The notes below the pieces were generated by a model. It was given only the letters and a program-made list of their open reading frames with translations, was not told the origin of the DNA and did not search any database. Positions 1 to 10,192 of a DNA stretch of 60,753 bases are shown here, in pieces; position 1 is the first letter of the stretch, and every line of letters starts with the position of its first letter. The stretch comes from Enterobacter phage EC151, in sequence record MW464860.1; one strand, written 5' to 3'. Position numbers and translations under genes: made by a program.

Positions 1-234
1 TGCGTGATTACATTTACTAACCCATCAACTTTAACTGACGTGACACAAGAAATTCGTATCAAGTTGAAACAAGGCAACGGAACGAATAAAGTAAGCTGGC
101 CCTCTACCGTTAAATGGCCCAACGGAGTCGAGCCACGTCAGTCATATACCGCCGGTAAAATTGATGAGTTTGTGTTCCTCAGCGATGATAAAGGCGTTTC
201 GTGGTCCGGCTTCTTCGCAGGAGCAGCATTCTAA
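1..234 (+). CDS. 3' end of a structural (tail fibre-like) gene, truncated by the window start
   Basis: Open frame from position 1 to the TAA at 232-234 (track ORF 4..234). It may be the continuation of the fibre gene that starts at 60202 if the genome is circularly permuted. Confidence 0.4.
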   Translation, partial: CVITFTNPSTLTDVTQEIRIKLKQGNGTNKVSWPSTVKWPNGVEPRQSYTAGKIDEFVFLSDDKGVSWSGFFAGAAF

Positions 235-3200
235 TGAGCATAATTATGACCAAACGGAGCGCTATCGCATCAGCGATGTCGCTCGTATATGGGCATCAAG
301 ACTTCATCGGCCGAAATACAGGTCTGACAGTCGATGCCCATGTTCAGCATTATCTGTTAAACCCGGATCACGTCCTGTCAAACAACAGGCACTTTATTGC
401 AGACAGCATGGCGGTTTACCAGCCTAACGGCGACGGTACAACTGAAGGCCAGGCTCTGCTTATTATTGGCTATTGCCATATGTATCAAGCAACTAAGGAT
501 GAATCATTCCTTCAGGCTGCTAAGGATGCGTGGCAAGCCTATATCAGCTTCTTCTATGCGGGGCAAGCTATACCAGCAACTCCACAACGTTACATCTGTA
601 ACTGGCTGGTGAACAGTAAAGAGCCAGTATTGGCAAACTACCCCGTTAATCCGACGGAGCCAACGCAAGGCGGCTTCAAATCGGTTCCTTTAGTGTTCAC
701 TAACGGTACAGCCCAAATCCCTCGTGATGCTCCGTTCTGGGGGCAGTATCTCGACACGGCAACAATTGCACACCGTGGTCATATGACATGGGAAGCAATC
801 AATGCTTCTGTTCAGAAGATTAAAGAAGATGTTGACGGGCTGATTAACTGGCAAACCGTTTACGATAACTGGCGCGTTACTTCCGGAGTTACCGAGCCCT
901 GGTCCTCTCAAGCGTGGATCAACTGGGTTGGCTACTTGGGCGACACTTATACGCCTGTTTGGGGAGGCACTAACCCGAAAGCAACGGAGTATCCGGTTGA
1001 GACGATCATTGCATGGACTGGTGAGCTGATCGACGTTGAAGAAGGGGAAGTCATTTCCTCCGGGCATCTTGAATCTGACAAAGGTAAGATTGTCCTTAAA
1101 GATAAGACGATCAACGGTGTATACCTGTTCAACTATGCAACGAAAAACCCTGTAGCAGCGGGCGGCTATATGTTCGCTCGTAATGAACCATGGCATAACC
1201 GCCCGGTACATACGCCGTTCATGGCACTGAAAAACCCGACACCTTCTTACAATCAGTTAGGTAACGCAGCCGACGCAGAGCTCTGGTTCATCGATGCGTC
1301 TTATTTGCTGTGGCGTTTAACTGGCGAGACTAAGTATAAGCAGGCTTGCGATTGCGCATTCTTCACAGCGCATGAGTATACATTCATCGACTCAACGGAT
1401 AAATATTTCCGTCAAAGCAAGGCAGCTTCTACACCATTCACTGATGGTATATCCTATGACTTCACGTACCCGAATACAACTGTTATCGAGTATGGTCGCG
1501 ATGCCAATGGTTATATCACCATTTCCGCGAACGCTGAATCTCAGCATTTCATGGAGCAACAATCAGTATGGTTCCGAATCGACAACAACTCAAAACTGCG
1601 AGCTACTTACGGCGGACTAGGCGACTCTGGCGCTCTCTTAGGATGTCGCGTAATGCTGGACGTGAGCGCAGAGAAAAAAGAAACATCGACACCAACATGG
1701 TACGGGTTAACTCTACCGAAGTCGAGCAGCATGACACCAGTAGCGCGTGACGTTCCTGTTACTTCACTGGCGTTGATGACTAACCCTGCAACAAATGATG
1801 ATTACCTGGTAGCAGATGCCCGCGCGGTGACTGATTATGGTGGTTGTGTTTGGGCTGAAGCATTTGAAGACAACGTCAACGGCGACCGCTCAGCAACTAT
1901 TATCAAATCAACTTTCCCAACAGATGCGGCTGGTTTGATTATCGGTTTCTGGTTAACTGCAAATGAAAAAGTGGCACCTGTTTCTATCACGTATCGGGCA
2001 GACCAACCATTCAATATCCGTGTAACTGACGATAGCTTATGGCGCTGGTACTGGCTGTTACCTGCAACTGGTGGACAATGGGCAACTGTTTCTATCAGTA
2101 AAGCGACCGCAACGCTTGCAAGCTACCAGCCAGATCACCCTACTGACCCGGCTCCAGCAACACCTGATTATAACAGCGTTACGCAGGTGACTATTGTTAC
2201 GGATGCAAGTCCAACGAACGCACATTTCGACTATTATGTGGTTAACGACATTCCTCCTCTGTTCAATATCGCGAACGGCTGGACAATGACCTACCGCATG
2301 ATGTTGAACTCCAGCGAACCTTGGAAAGCAGTTGTGGGCGATTGCACGATTATTGATTATCGTCTTGACTCACTAGCCTATGCTCCAGGTGTTATCCCGT
2401 TCTCGAATATCTACTCTGAAGGTTCTGATCAGATTGGTGCATGGCACGGTATGCCATATCCTGGGTATCAGTATCCGTTTATGTATGTGATACATAAGAA
2501 ACCAGAGAACTACGGATGGTGGTTCCAAAACCAGCTTCAGTTCTTACTGGATAGCCAATCCGCTTATGCTTCTAAAGTGGGCCAGCAGGGTCCAGGCTGC
2601 GCAGCGTACATCTGGAACCGTTGGGATAACTACAAATATGGTACGCCAGACACCTGGGTGAACTATCACTGGGGAGACGGTCACCCGTGGGCAGGTTATC
2701 AGCCACGCGCCTACAACGCAGCAGCTCGCACCTGGTATGAGATGGTGGTTCGCGGTCAGACTGTTCCTGCTAACTTGAAAAAGTATGTTGAGAACTGGGC
2801 TGTCTGGTTGGTCGACTTTGCGCGTCGCTTCGGCGGACATACGCCAAACGAATTCCCTTCCGGTGATGTTCCTGCGGTATGGGTAGACGACGACTTCACG
2901 GCTCATATGTGTGCCCTGTGGCTCGCAGGTAGCTCGTTCGCTCTGCTTGCAGGCTGCGAAGTGCCAGGCTTAGAGACACTATTAGATCAGGCTGTCAAGG
3001 AGCTAAATGACGGTTATACCGTTACGAGCACTCCTGGCGCTGGTATTAACGGTGCCTGGTCCCCTGCCCCTCGTGAGGGTACGGACAACGGCATGGCGTT
3101 TGGCTTCTACACTGGTGAAATCTTCCGCGGCCTGGCAATGTACATGATGTACAAAGAGTTCGGCCCTGGTTATGATATCTACAAGACTCTGCTATACCAA

Positions 3201-3317
3201 GCCATGCGACAGCTTCACTTGATCAGCAGAGTGGTATTATCGAAGACACTGTTATCAGTATTGCAGCAATTAACAAGAAAGTCTATTACCGTAACATTAC
3301 GCATAGACTCTACTTGA
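234..3317 (+). CDS. large (1027 aa) virion protein, putative tailspike or tail fibre-associated protein
   Basis: Long ORF. The ATG at 234 overlaps the upstream stop (TAATG), with GGAG about 10 nt upstream. It sits between fibre genes and an Ig-like protein. No catalytic motif recognised. Confidence 0.5.
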   Translation: MSIIMTKRSAIASAMSLVYGHQDFIGRNTGLTVDAHVQHYLLNPDHVLSNNRHFIADSMAVYQPNGDGTTEGQALLIIGYCHMYQATKDESFLQAAKDAWQAYISFFYAGQAIPATPQRYICNWLVNSKEPVLANYPVNPTEPTQGGFKSVPLVFTNGTAQIPRDAPFWGQYLDTATIAHRGHMTWEAINASVQKIKEDVDGLINWQTVYDNWRVTSGVTEPWSSQAWINWVGYLGDTYTPVWGGTNPKATEYPVETIIAWTGELIDVEEGEVISSGHLESDKGKIVLKDKTINGVYLFNYATKNPVAAGGYMFARNEPWHNRPVHTPFMALKNPTPSYNQLGNAADAELWFIDASYLLWRLTGETKYKQACDCAFFTAHEYTFIDSTDKYFRQSKAASTPFTDGISYDFTYPNTTVIEYGRDANGYITISANAESQHFMEQQSVWFRIDNNSKLRATYGGLGDSGALLGCRVMLDVSAEKKETSTPTWYGLTLPKSSSMTPVARDVPVTSLALMTNPATNDDYLVADARAVTDYGGCVWAEAFEDNVNGDRSATIIKSTFPTDAAGLIIGFWLTANEKVAPVSITYRADQPFNIRVTDDSLWRWYWLLPATGGQWATVSISKATATLASYQPDHPTDPAPATPDYNSVTQVTIVTDASPTNAHFDYYVVNDIPPLFNIANGWTMTYRMMLNSSEPWKAVVGDCTIIDYRLDSLAYAPGVIPFSNIYSEGSDQIGAWHGMPYPGYQYPFMYVIHKKPENYGWWFQNQLQFLLDSQSAYASKVGQQGPGCAAYIWNRWDNYKYGTPDTWVNYHWGDGHPWAGYQPRAYNAAARTWYEMVVRGQTVPANLKKYVENWAVWLVDFARRFGGHTPNEFPSGDVPAVWVDDDFTAHMCALWLAGSSFALLAGCEVPGLETLLDQAVKELNDGYTVTSTPGAGINGAWSPAPREGTDNGMAFGFYTGEIFRGLAMYMMYKEFGPGYDIYKTLLYQAMRQLHLISRVVLSKTLLSVLQQLTRKSITVTLRIDST

Positions 3318-5314
3318 ACGTTTATCCTGCTATCCAGCAAGTGAAAGGTAAATGGTCGTTTACTCGTACATCAGGTTCGGGCGCAGGTCCTATCCAGTTG
3401 AACGAAGACACAGGGGAATTCACTGTAATTGGTACAGGTAATTTTAGCGTTAAGTTTGAAGGTGTTGATACGAAAGGTGTTACCGTGTCAGCTACTCAGA
3501 CTGGCGGTGTTGCGAGCGGCTATACTGTAACCACAGTTAATCCGACCGTTTATGCCAATATCCCTGGCGGCGAACATGCTTTCGTTACTTGCACACCTCC
3601 GAGCGACTTCTTGGCGCAGCCTGGTCTGAAGATTAGCTACAGCATCACAGCACCTGCAACCAGGGCAACGATTGACGCAACTACTGGCGAGATCTTAACC
3701 GAAACCGCTGGCACGTTCCCATCACCTACTTACCAGGTGATTGTGAAAGTATTTGCGTACTCCGATCAGATCTTTAGCGAAAGCATTCCGTTCACGATTG
3801 TTTCTCCGTTAACAGGTCTGAACGTTGTTGTAACTGATTCGCTCCAGAACGCCCGCTTTGAAGATGGTGTGCTGACGTTTGATTATCTTGAGGACTATGC
3901 GAACGTTGCGGTCGACCTTCGAGTTGATCCAATTCCTTCTACTTCATTTGCGGAGAAAGCAACTGCTACATCTGCAAACGCAGGTAAGACGAAAGTCGTG
4001 GCGGCGGATAACAATGGTATGTTTGCAGTGACTCCGGTTGTTGTGGATACAGCAGGAACAACTATTACCGTGCGCAGCTTCAGCAAACAAACAACGTTTG
4101 CGGTTAAGACTTTACAGGCAGCTCGACCGGTACAGCCAACGCCAGTGAGTGGTGTTACCATCTTTGAAGGTGACGCCGTTGAATTGACGTGGGACGGTAC
4201 GCCGGGTGATAACGTTCTGCATGTTTCTATTACACCGCCTGACGCTAGCAACCAACAAGTGAACTGGACTTCTTCTAATACTTCAGTTCTTACCGTTACT
4301 CGCGACAATTCGAATGACGGTGCTATCGCTATAGTTGGCCTGGGTACTGCGACCGTAACAGCTACAGCAGCGGACGGAAGTGGTAAGACTGACTCTATTG
4401 TAGTGACAGTGATTGATGGTCGCCCTGGTGATATTCCTGTCACAGGTGTAAGCATCGATGAAGGTACTTTAGTTGAATATAATTGGGATGGTACAGCAGG
4501 TACTAACCAGCTTCACGCAACTATCGCACCATCTACAGCGACTAACAAAAACGTCACGTGGAGTTCTGCAACTCCTTCAGTTCTAACTATAAACGCAACC
4601 ACTGGAGTTATCAGCATTGTAAGCGCTGGCACTTCAGTCGTAACAGTAACAACGGAAGATGGATCATTTACTGACACCATTACCGTTCAGATTACTGATA
4701 AGCGCAAAGTGACGGACGTTACGACCGCATCAAACTACGATTACATTGTAGGCGGTACGAACATGCCAGCTCTGCCAATTATTACTGTTCCTGCGGACGC
4801 TGTAGCCTATACGAAGGCTTACTCCCTGGTGGACTCCTCCGGAGCGCCTACAACAATATCGGGCATTAGCATCAATACTTCTACCGGTGTTGTTACAGTA
4901 GCAAGCGGAACAGCGGACAATAACTTCAGGATTAAAGTTGAACTTACGAACACAGCGGATGGTTCAAAAGTCAGCGACTACTCCGAAGTTAAGTTGTATA
5001 ACTTTAGTGTCTCAACTGATTCTATTCCAGCTGGTACGTTAAAAGTTGGTTCGACGTTTGCTCCAGTGTTTAGCTATGGCAGCACGTTAGACTTCAAATA
5101 CGACTTTGGTGGCGCTTCCATTGATGGCCCACAGCCAACTCTTGAAGCTATCGCAAGCGGGGACGGTGCTTCAATGCTCACCATTAACTCTAACGCTACA
5201 GTAACAGTCAAGTCTGATGCTACAGTAGGAACGTCGGTTCGAGTTGGGATTAAAGCGACTTATTACGGAGTGTCTGTTCAGGACGATTCAGGGACGTCAA
5301 TCGCAGCAGCATAA
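3314..5314 (+). CDS. Ig-like (Big_2) domain-containing structural protein
   Basis: 666-aa ORF with two clear Big_2 repeats (VTGVSIDEGTLVEYNWDGTAGTNQLHATIAPSTATNKNVTWSSATPSVLTI... and VSGVTIFEGDAVELTWDGTPGDN...). It appears to start at a TTG overlapping the upstream TGA (TTGA), and is followed by a terminator. Confidence 0.6.
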   Translation: MNVYPAIQQVKGKWSFTRTSGSGAGPIQLNEDTGEFTVIGTGNFSVKFEGVDTKGVTVSATQTGGVASGYTVTTVNPTVYANIPGGEHAFVTCTPPSDFLAQPGLKISYSITAPATRATIDATTGEILTETAGTFPSPTYQVIVKVFAYSDQIFSESIPFTIVSPLTGLNVVVTDSLQNARFEDGVLTFDYLEDYANVAVDLRVDPIPSTSFAEKATATSANAGKTKVVAADNNGMFAVTPVVVDTAGTTITVRSFSKQTTFAVKTLQAARPVQPTPVSGVTIFEGDAVELTWDGTPGDNVLHVSITPPDASNQQVNWTSSNTSVLTVTRDNSNDGAIAIVGLGTATVTATAADGSGKTDSIVVTVIDGRPGDIPVTGVSIDEGTLVEYNWDGTAGTNQLHATIAPSTATNKNVTWSSATPSVLTINATTGVISIVSAGTSVVTVTTEDGSFTDTITVQITDKRKVTDVTTASNYDYIVGGTNMPALPIITVPADAVAYTKAYSLVDSSGAPTTISGISINTSTGVVTVASGTADNNFRIKVELTNTADGSKVSDYSEVKLYNFSVSTDSIPAGTLKVGSTFAPVFSYGSTLDFKYDFGGASIDGPQPTLEAIASGDGASMLTINSNATVTVKSDATVGTSVRVGIKATYYGVSVQDDSGTSIAAA

Positions 5315-5316
5315 CA

Positions 5317-5341
5317 AAAGGGGCCGAAAGGCCCCTTTTTT
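5317..5341 (+). terminator. rho-independent terminator
   Basis: GGGGCC-GAAA-GGCCCC hairpin followed by TTTTTT. Confidence 0.8.
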
Positions 5342-5422
5342 ACAGCATAAACCAGAAAGCAAACTTTAGTAAAAGATAGAAACAACCCGCTATCACTACC
5401 CCTGCAAACATATAGTCTCTAA

Positions 5423-5677
5423 TCATAGGCCTAATTCCTTCCTTTGCGTTTCCATGATTTCAAACAAGCGATCTACAAAGTTACTCGCTTGTTGCATGGT
5501 GCGAAACATGCCCATGCGGTGGCATAAGCGCTTAGGGTGAACAGGGTGATTATACCATAGATTGACTTCGGTGGAAGTTTGTTCGAGGCAAGGTTCTTGA
5601 GACTCCAAAAGCATTTCACGAATGATACGTTTGAAGTTTACGTCGCTGATATATGGATTGTGGTTTTTAGTGATCAT
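5423..5677 (-). CDS. hypothetical protein (84 aa)
   Basis: The ATG at 5677 has GAGGAG 7 nt upstream. The longer track ORF would begin at a TTG. Confidence 0.45.
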   Translation of the reverse strand: MITKNHNPYISDVNFKRIIREMLLESQEPCLEQTSTEVNLWYNHPVHPKRLCHRMGMFRTMQQASNFVDRLFEIMETQRKELGL

Positions 5678-5733
5678 AACTGGTCTCCTCAGTTGGTAAA
5701 AGCAGTATCGTCCATGACACTGCTTCAAGTCAA

Positions 5734-7701
5734 CTACTGATAACCCATCATCTCCAGATATTTATTTGCTTTTGCGATATACGTTTCGTGGTTAAGGTCT
5801 TCAGGAAACTCTTCAGGTAACTCCATCATCGGAACACCACCAGCGGAGTTCGTAACCTTGTTACCAGAAGCCGCATACACCATTTCGGGATAGTCGTCAG
5901 GTCCATAATACCAACGGACCACCTTCCCTAAATAGTGCCCGTTACACACCGCGCCGCCCTTAACGTTGCGAACTACTGCAAATTTACGCACATCGCGGCA
6001 GTTCCTAATGGTGTCTTCAACAGAGATGTTATCTTTCAGCTTAGCTCTAACCGCTTCAATGATAATCTCACCAGTTGGGTTTTTAGATAAACCTGAGTCA
6101 GCGAACCATCCTTTACACTTGAGCTTTCCGTCTTCAGTTATTGCTACATAATTGTTGACGTTGGCACTATACAAAGCCTTATAGAAATTAGACTCCATTT
6201 CAAAGTTGGTTATACCTTCCCACCATTTGATAATCTGCTCAACCAACGGCTCTTGTTCAACAGCATAGTCAACGACAATACCATCAGTGTTGGCAGAGAT
6301 AACTGGAATACCGCACAGCTCGAACGCTTCAATAAGCATAAGCAATGACAGCTGACCAGTGATGGTGGTTTGAATCAGCAATTGTGGAGCGTACAGCACT
6401 GACCACATTGAGCCCAATTTACCAAAGCTACCGTTGATTACGATCTTCAGCGTTTGAGCTGTTTTCTTATCACCGGTATGTTTCGCCCTAAGACGACGCT
6501 CAACAATCTTGCGGTAAACTTTAAGGAATGCTTCACCTAAGTGTTCAGGGAACAGCTTCTGGTTCAGGATGATAGAAGGATAATATGACGCTACGTCAAT
6601 ATCACGTTTCCTTCGTCCTTTAACATAGCGGTGACATGCTCCCTCTTCTGTAGAGTGCAGGCCTCCAATCCCCATCTGATAAGTTGCATTGCCGATGTTA
6701 ATGCGCAAGTTTTTGAGCTGCCAGGGCAACTCTACGGACCCTTTATCGCTAATGACAAAGTCGCACTTACTGACTAAGTCGATAACGCTTTTCATCAAAT
6801 GTGTTTGATACGTTAGGAACGAAGGTACGTTGTATTTATAACGTCTACCAGGCTCAACAGGTGCCCGCGGTAAACGGCGCACTCTGTTCAAGCGACAAAT
6901 TTCATGGCGGATAACGTCTTCAGCAATCTGAGCATCGGAGCGCGAACGCAGGTCGACACCGTATTCTTTAGACATGATCTCGCGCAGGTGAATTTCATCT
7001 TCCAACGCAACAAACAGTGACTCAGTAGCATCCAAGTCGTTAATACAGTAATGACGAACGATAGTCATATGATCGTGTGTAAGCATCATATTAGGCGGGA
7101 ATGGTAAATCCTGAAGTCGTTTGCGGTGCATTCGACCCGCACGTTGTTTCAGGGAACCACCAGCGGGCGCTACTTCCATCACGTCAATGTGGTTAAGTTT
7201 CAACCGCTCGAGCCCGGCTTCTTTCAGTATGTCGCTTGGTCTCCAGTCTTCTGTGATGATACGGTCAGTGGCTTGTTTTAGTGCGGCGTTACTTGCTCCT
7301 GCCAGGGCTAACGTAAGGATTGGTTCATCGTATCCTAGACCGTTATAGCTGACTAGTAAGAAGTTATGCACAACCCAACTAAGCCATTCGATGTTTAGCG
7401 CGTGTCCTAGATACATCTCAAAGTAGATAACTTTCTGCGTCTTAACGTTGCGGAAAGCAATTAAGAAATAGTTAGGATAACATTCAATATCGAATACGTG
7501 AGGTTCACCGGCTTTTTGTGCCTCCAGTAATTCCTCAACAGTATACATATTGATAACAGCCCGGCGAGCCTCGTCAATGCCCGGTAAATAGTCCGGACGT
7601 TCCCAGGTTCGCTCGGGCGGTGTGCGCTTGATCTTTTCTTTTTTAACTTTCGGTGGAGGAGGTAAATCCTGCCAGAAAAAACCAATAGCATCTGTTCTCA
7701 T
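5734..7701 (-). CDS. DNA polymerase, family B, with 3'-5' exonuclease domain
   Basis: Exo motifs DIECYPNYF, YNGLGYDEPIL and YCINDLDATE. Polymerase motifs A (DVASYYPSIIL), B (KIVINGSFGKLG) and C (ISANTDGIVV). Confidence 0.85.
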   Translation of the reverse strand: MRTDAIGFFWQDLPPPPKVKKEKIKRTPPERTWERPDYLPGIDEARRAVINMYTVEELLEAQKAGEPHVFDIECYPNYFLIAFRNVKTQKVIYFEMYLGHALNIEWLSWVVHNFLLVSYNGLGYDEPILTLALAGASNAALKQATDRIITEDWRPSDILKEAGLERLKLNHIDVMEVAPAGGSLKQRAGRMHRKRLQDLPFPPNMMLTHDHMTIVRHYCINDLDATESLFVALEDEIHLREIMSKEYGVDLRSRSDAQIAEDVIRHEICRLNRVRRLPRAPVEPGRRYKYNVPSFLTYQTHLMKSVIDLVSKCDFVISDKGSVELPWQLKNLRINIGNATYQMGIGGLHSTEEGACHRYVKGRRKRDIDVASYYPSIILNQKLFPEHLGEAFLKVYRKIVERRLRAKHTGDKKTAQTLKIVINGSFGKLGSMWSVLYAPQLLIQTTITGQLSLLMLIEAFELCGIPVISANTDGIVVDYAVEQEPLVEQIIKWWEGITNFEMESNFYKALYSANVNNYVAITEDGKLKCKGWFADSGLSKNPTGEIIIEAVRAKLKDNISVEDTIRNCRDVRKFAVVRNVKGGAVCNGHYLGKVVRWYYGPDDYPEMVYAASGNKVTNSAGGVPMMELPEEFPEDLNHETYIAKANKYLEMMGYQ

Positions 7702-7702
7702 T

Positions 7703-8674
7703 TTACGGCCTTTGTCCTATCAATACACCGCGGAAATTATGACCAAAGAAGGTGCAAGGGTTAGGATACAAGCTCATATCGGCGGTTTCCACATTGTCCT
7801 TGAGAAGCATCAACATCTCGAGGGCATAGATACCGTGAACCATATCCGTCTGCATGTTGTAAGACGCGCCTTCTGTTTCGTCCGCATGAGTCCGGACAGT
7901 TCCATTTTCAATATATACGCGACCGGCCTTGTCCGTAAACGGTTTAACTTTCTGCAACGCATCGAAAAGTGAAGGGTCGATTGTTTGCGGGTTACTTTGC
8001 ACGTTAAGAATGTTGTCAATGTTCAAAGGCCAACCGTTCTCCATCAAAGTGCTGCGCATCCAACAGCCCGACTCGTAATGGAACGTGATAGATGTCTTCG
8101 TTACTTGCGCTCGCACTGGTATTTCTTTAATCTTAACCAATGCCTCAACAGCTTCACTAGACAATACCACATCAATAGGGAATGGAGTACCAAACCAATA
8201 CTGAGCAATACAGACGTTATTAGTTGCGTAGGCTGAGCCGCCTTTAATGAGTACAGACATAGAAAATCGGCGAGAAGCATCAGTGCCGACAAAAGGACCA
8301 ACAGCTTTAAGAGCCGTGATAAGCTCCGTTCCGTTAATTTCATAAAACTCTCCTTCCGGGTCCACGTGCGCCGCAATCTTGTCAGTGCAAGGTATGTTGG
8401 CTTTAAATGCTCCGGACTTAATATTCAGCTTACCGTTAGCAAGCAGCGTTAACTGAGTCGCGTCCTCGCAGTTTGCTATTGCCTTAACCATGGGTATTGC
8501 TTCCGGCGCACACTCCACAGCTAATGGGATGGGCGCGGCCATTGCTATTACTCCATTGGTTGCACGGACCATTCCATCCTTGATCAGAAAGTGCGTAGCG
8601 CCCTCAACAAATGCGCGTTTACCAACTGCCGCAGATGCGAACTTCAGAGCTTCAAGCATCACGTAATTCCTCAC
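7703..8674 (-). CDS. hypothetical protein, possibly a beta-clamp-like processivity factor
   Basis: 323-aa ORF directly upstream of the pol gene (1-nt gap). The N-terminal pattern loosely resembles a sliding-clamp domain I. Weak. Confidence 0.35.
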   Translation of the reverse strand: MRNYVMLEALKFASAAVGKRAFVEGATHFLIKDGMVRATNGVIAMAAPIPLAVECAPEAIPMVKAIANCEDATQLTLLANGKLNIKSGAFKANIPCTDKIAAHVDPEGEFYEINGTELITALKAVGPFVGTDASRRFSMSVLIKGGSAYATNNVCIAQYWFGTPFPIDVVLSSEAVEALVKIKEIPVRAQVTKTSITFHYESGCWMRSTLMENGWPLNIDNILNVQSNPQTIDPSLFDALQKVKPFTDKAGRVYIENGTVRTHADETEGASYNMQTDMVHGIYALEMLMLLKDNVETADMSLYPNPCTFFGHNFRGVLIGQRP

Positions 8675-9071
8675 GTATCAGCATCAATAAACGACCGAGC
8701 ATGTTCTTACCACGGTCACCAACTTTACCCCAGTAAACATCACCCCAATGATTACCTTCAACCAGTTCCTCGTCACCCGTTGCTAATAATAAAGCTCTGA
8801 GTTCTGGTATTTCAAACTTGCGCTTTAAAAGGTCGTACATGACCGATACTTTGATTTTGTCCCAATCTTCCCTCATAGGACGTTTTCTAGCAGTACGCTT
8901 TGCGAGCCCTGGGCTAGGACATAACAACACGTCGAGCATATCTTGACCCTTTGTCATTTTCCACGCCTGAAAGGCATGTTCAACAGTCTGCGCTGTGATA
9001 CCGTTCCAACGAAACGGAGAAGGGTGAAAGTTGCTCAGGAACGCATATTCATCTTTGAATGAATTAATCAT
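8652..9071 (-). CDS. NADAR (YbiA-like) domain N-glycosidase
   Basis: Motifs YAFLSNFHPSPF, TVEHAFQAWK and NHWGDVYWG are typical of NADAR/DUF1768. The start overlaps the stop of the DpdA-like gene. Confidence 0.7.
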   Translation of the reverse strand: MINSFKDEYAFLSNFHPSPFRWNGITAQTVEHAFQAWKMTKGQDMLDVLLCPSPGLAKRTARKRPMREDWDKIKVSVMYDLLKRKFEIPELRALLLATGDEELVEGNHWGDVYWGKVGDRGKNMLGRLLMLIREELRDA

Positions 9072-9994
9072 TAGAATAGCTCCTGTATCTTCGGTTCAAA
9101 TATACGCGAATGTTTATCCTTGTTGATACGATCAGCAATCTGCCGATAACTCCACATGTTAAACGTTGCGCGTGTTTCGTATATTGTGGTTAAACGTTCC
9201 AAATCAAAACCCGACTCGGCGATAACGTTGTCGATATATTCTCTCTCCAATGGGTTAAGGGTGAGTACATGTCTACCGGCATCGTGAATGGTTCCGGCTT
9301 TTTCGGAAACCCTGTAAGGTACTCCGTCGGGGATAAACATTGACCCGTAGGCTCCGAACTGAATCCAGCTCGAAGAGTCGACACTATACCAAGGATATCG
9401 CTCCATGACACGGACGGAGGTGATACCGAAGGCGTGAAACTTAGCCTTAGGGCGGCCAGCTCCGTCGATGATGTATCTTTCCCAAATTCGGTCGAGCCAT
9501 ACAATAAGCTGTTCAACCGTCTTGCCAACCATTCCTCCGAGTGTGATGTAGGGGTATTTTGACATGTAGTATTCAAGATACTTTTCATCTTCTCCGAAGT
9601 GGAAACATGGAAGAGGAGTGACTCCTCTTGCTTCCATTTCCATTTGGTTCCGCCAAGTTTGAAGGGGATCTCCGATTCCATCCAGTACGGAGGCCATGAT
9701 AGTTCCGTCGTCCTTTCGGATGATGTCTTCATTTTCTTGAATGTAGCGGCAGTATCCAGGTAGGCTGATCGTTGCGCCCATGTTCCAAGCAGAGAAAGCC
9801 CCTGAGTCAAGGAACACCTGAGCTCCGTCGGCCCGCATTTCGTCAACATACTTTTGGCGGTTAACATAGTGGTAAGACTCCAGGATGTTTGGTATGGTGT
9901 CCACAATTTCAGCTTCGCGCTCGTTCAACTTAGGATAAGTCGATTGGCCTTTGCGAAAGCTGTTAGTGTACACCGCGGCAAGATATAGGTTCAT
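9071..9994 (-). CDS. dpdA: DpdA-like DNA-guanine transglycosylase (TGT superfamily)
   Basis: 307 aa. The FLDSGAF motif is analogous to TGT DSGGFQ, and the length and context match phage DpdA. It sits in a cluster with folE/queD/queC/queE. Confidence 0.65.
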   Translation of the reverse strand: MNLYLAAVYTNSFRKGQSTYPKLNEREAEIVDTIPNILESYHYVNRQKYVDEMRADGAQVFLDSGAFSAWNMGATISLPGYCRYIQENEDIIRKDDGTIMASVLDGIGDPLQTWRNQMEMEARGVTPLPCFHFGEDEKYLEYYMSKYPYITLGGMVGKTVEQLIVWLDRIWERYIIDGAGRPKAKFHAFGITSVRVMERYPWYSVDSSSWIQFGAYGSMFIPDGVPYRVSEKAGTIHDAGRHVLTLNPLEREYIDNVIAESGFDLERLTTIYETRATFNMWSYRQIADRINKDKHSRIFEPKIQELF

Positions 9995-10192
9995 TTATAC
10001 CTCGTTATCTGGACCTAAATTAATCAAATCACGCCACGCTTTATTAAAAGCATTTGAAACCGTTGATTGCGCTTGCACTAATTGGTCAATTAAGACATCA
10101 TTAGGCGCGTCGTTTTGAACGCAAGCAGAAGCGTCGACGGTGGCTGCTTTGAGTTCGTAAAAGATTTTTTCTAACTTTTGTTGTCTGTTCAT
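9995..10192 (-). CDS. hypothetical protein (65 aa)
   Basis: ORF tightly packed in the operon between the dpdA-like gene and folE. Confidence 0.4.
   Translation of the reverse strand: MNRQQKLEKIFYELKAATVDASACVQNDAPNDVLIDQLVQAQSTVSNAFNKAWRDLINLGPDNEV

Noticed and set aside
690-1211. 173-aa antisense ORF inside the 1027-aa structural gene
   Set aside because: It is fully contained antisense within a long, codon-consistent CDS.
3895-4455. 186-aa antisense ORF inside the Ig-like protein gene
   Set aside because: It is embedded antisense in a gene with clear Big_2 repeats, and has no start context.
7703-8674. Confident sliding-clamp (beta-clamp) call for the ORF upstream of pol
   Set aside because: Only loose N-terminal pattern similarity and adjacency to pol. 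It is kept as a hypothetical protein with a speculative note.
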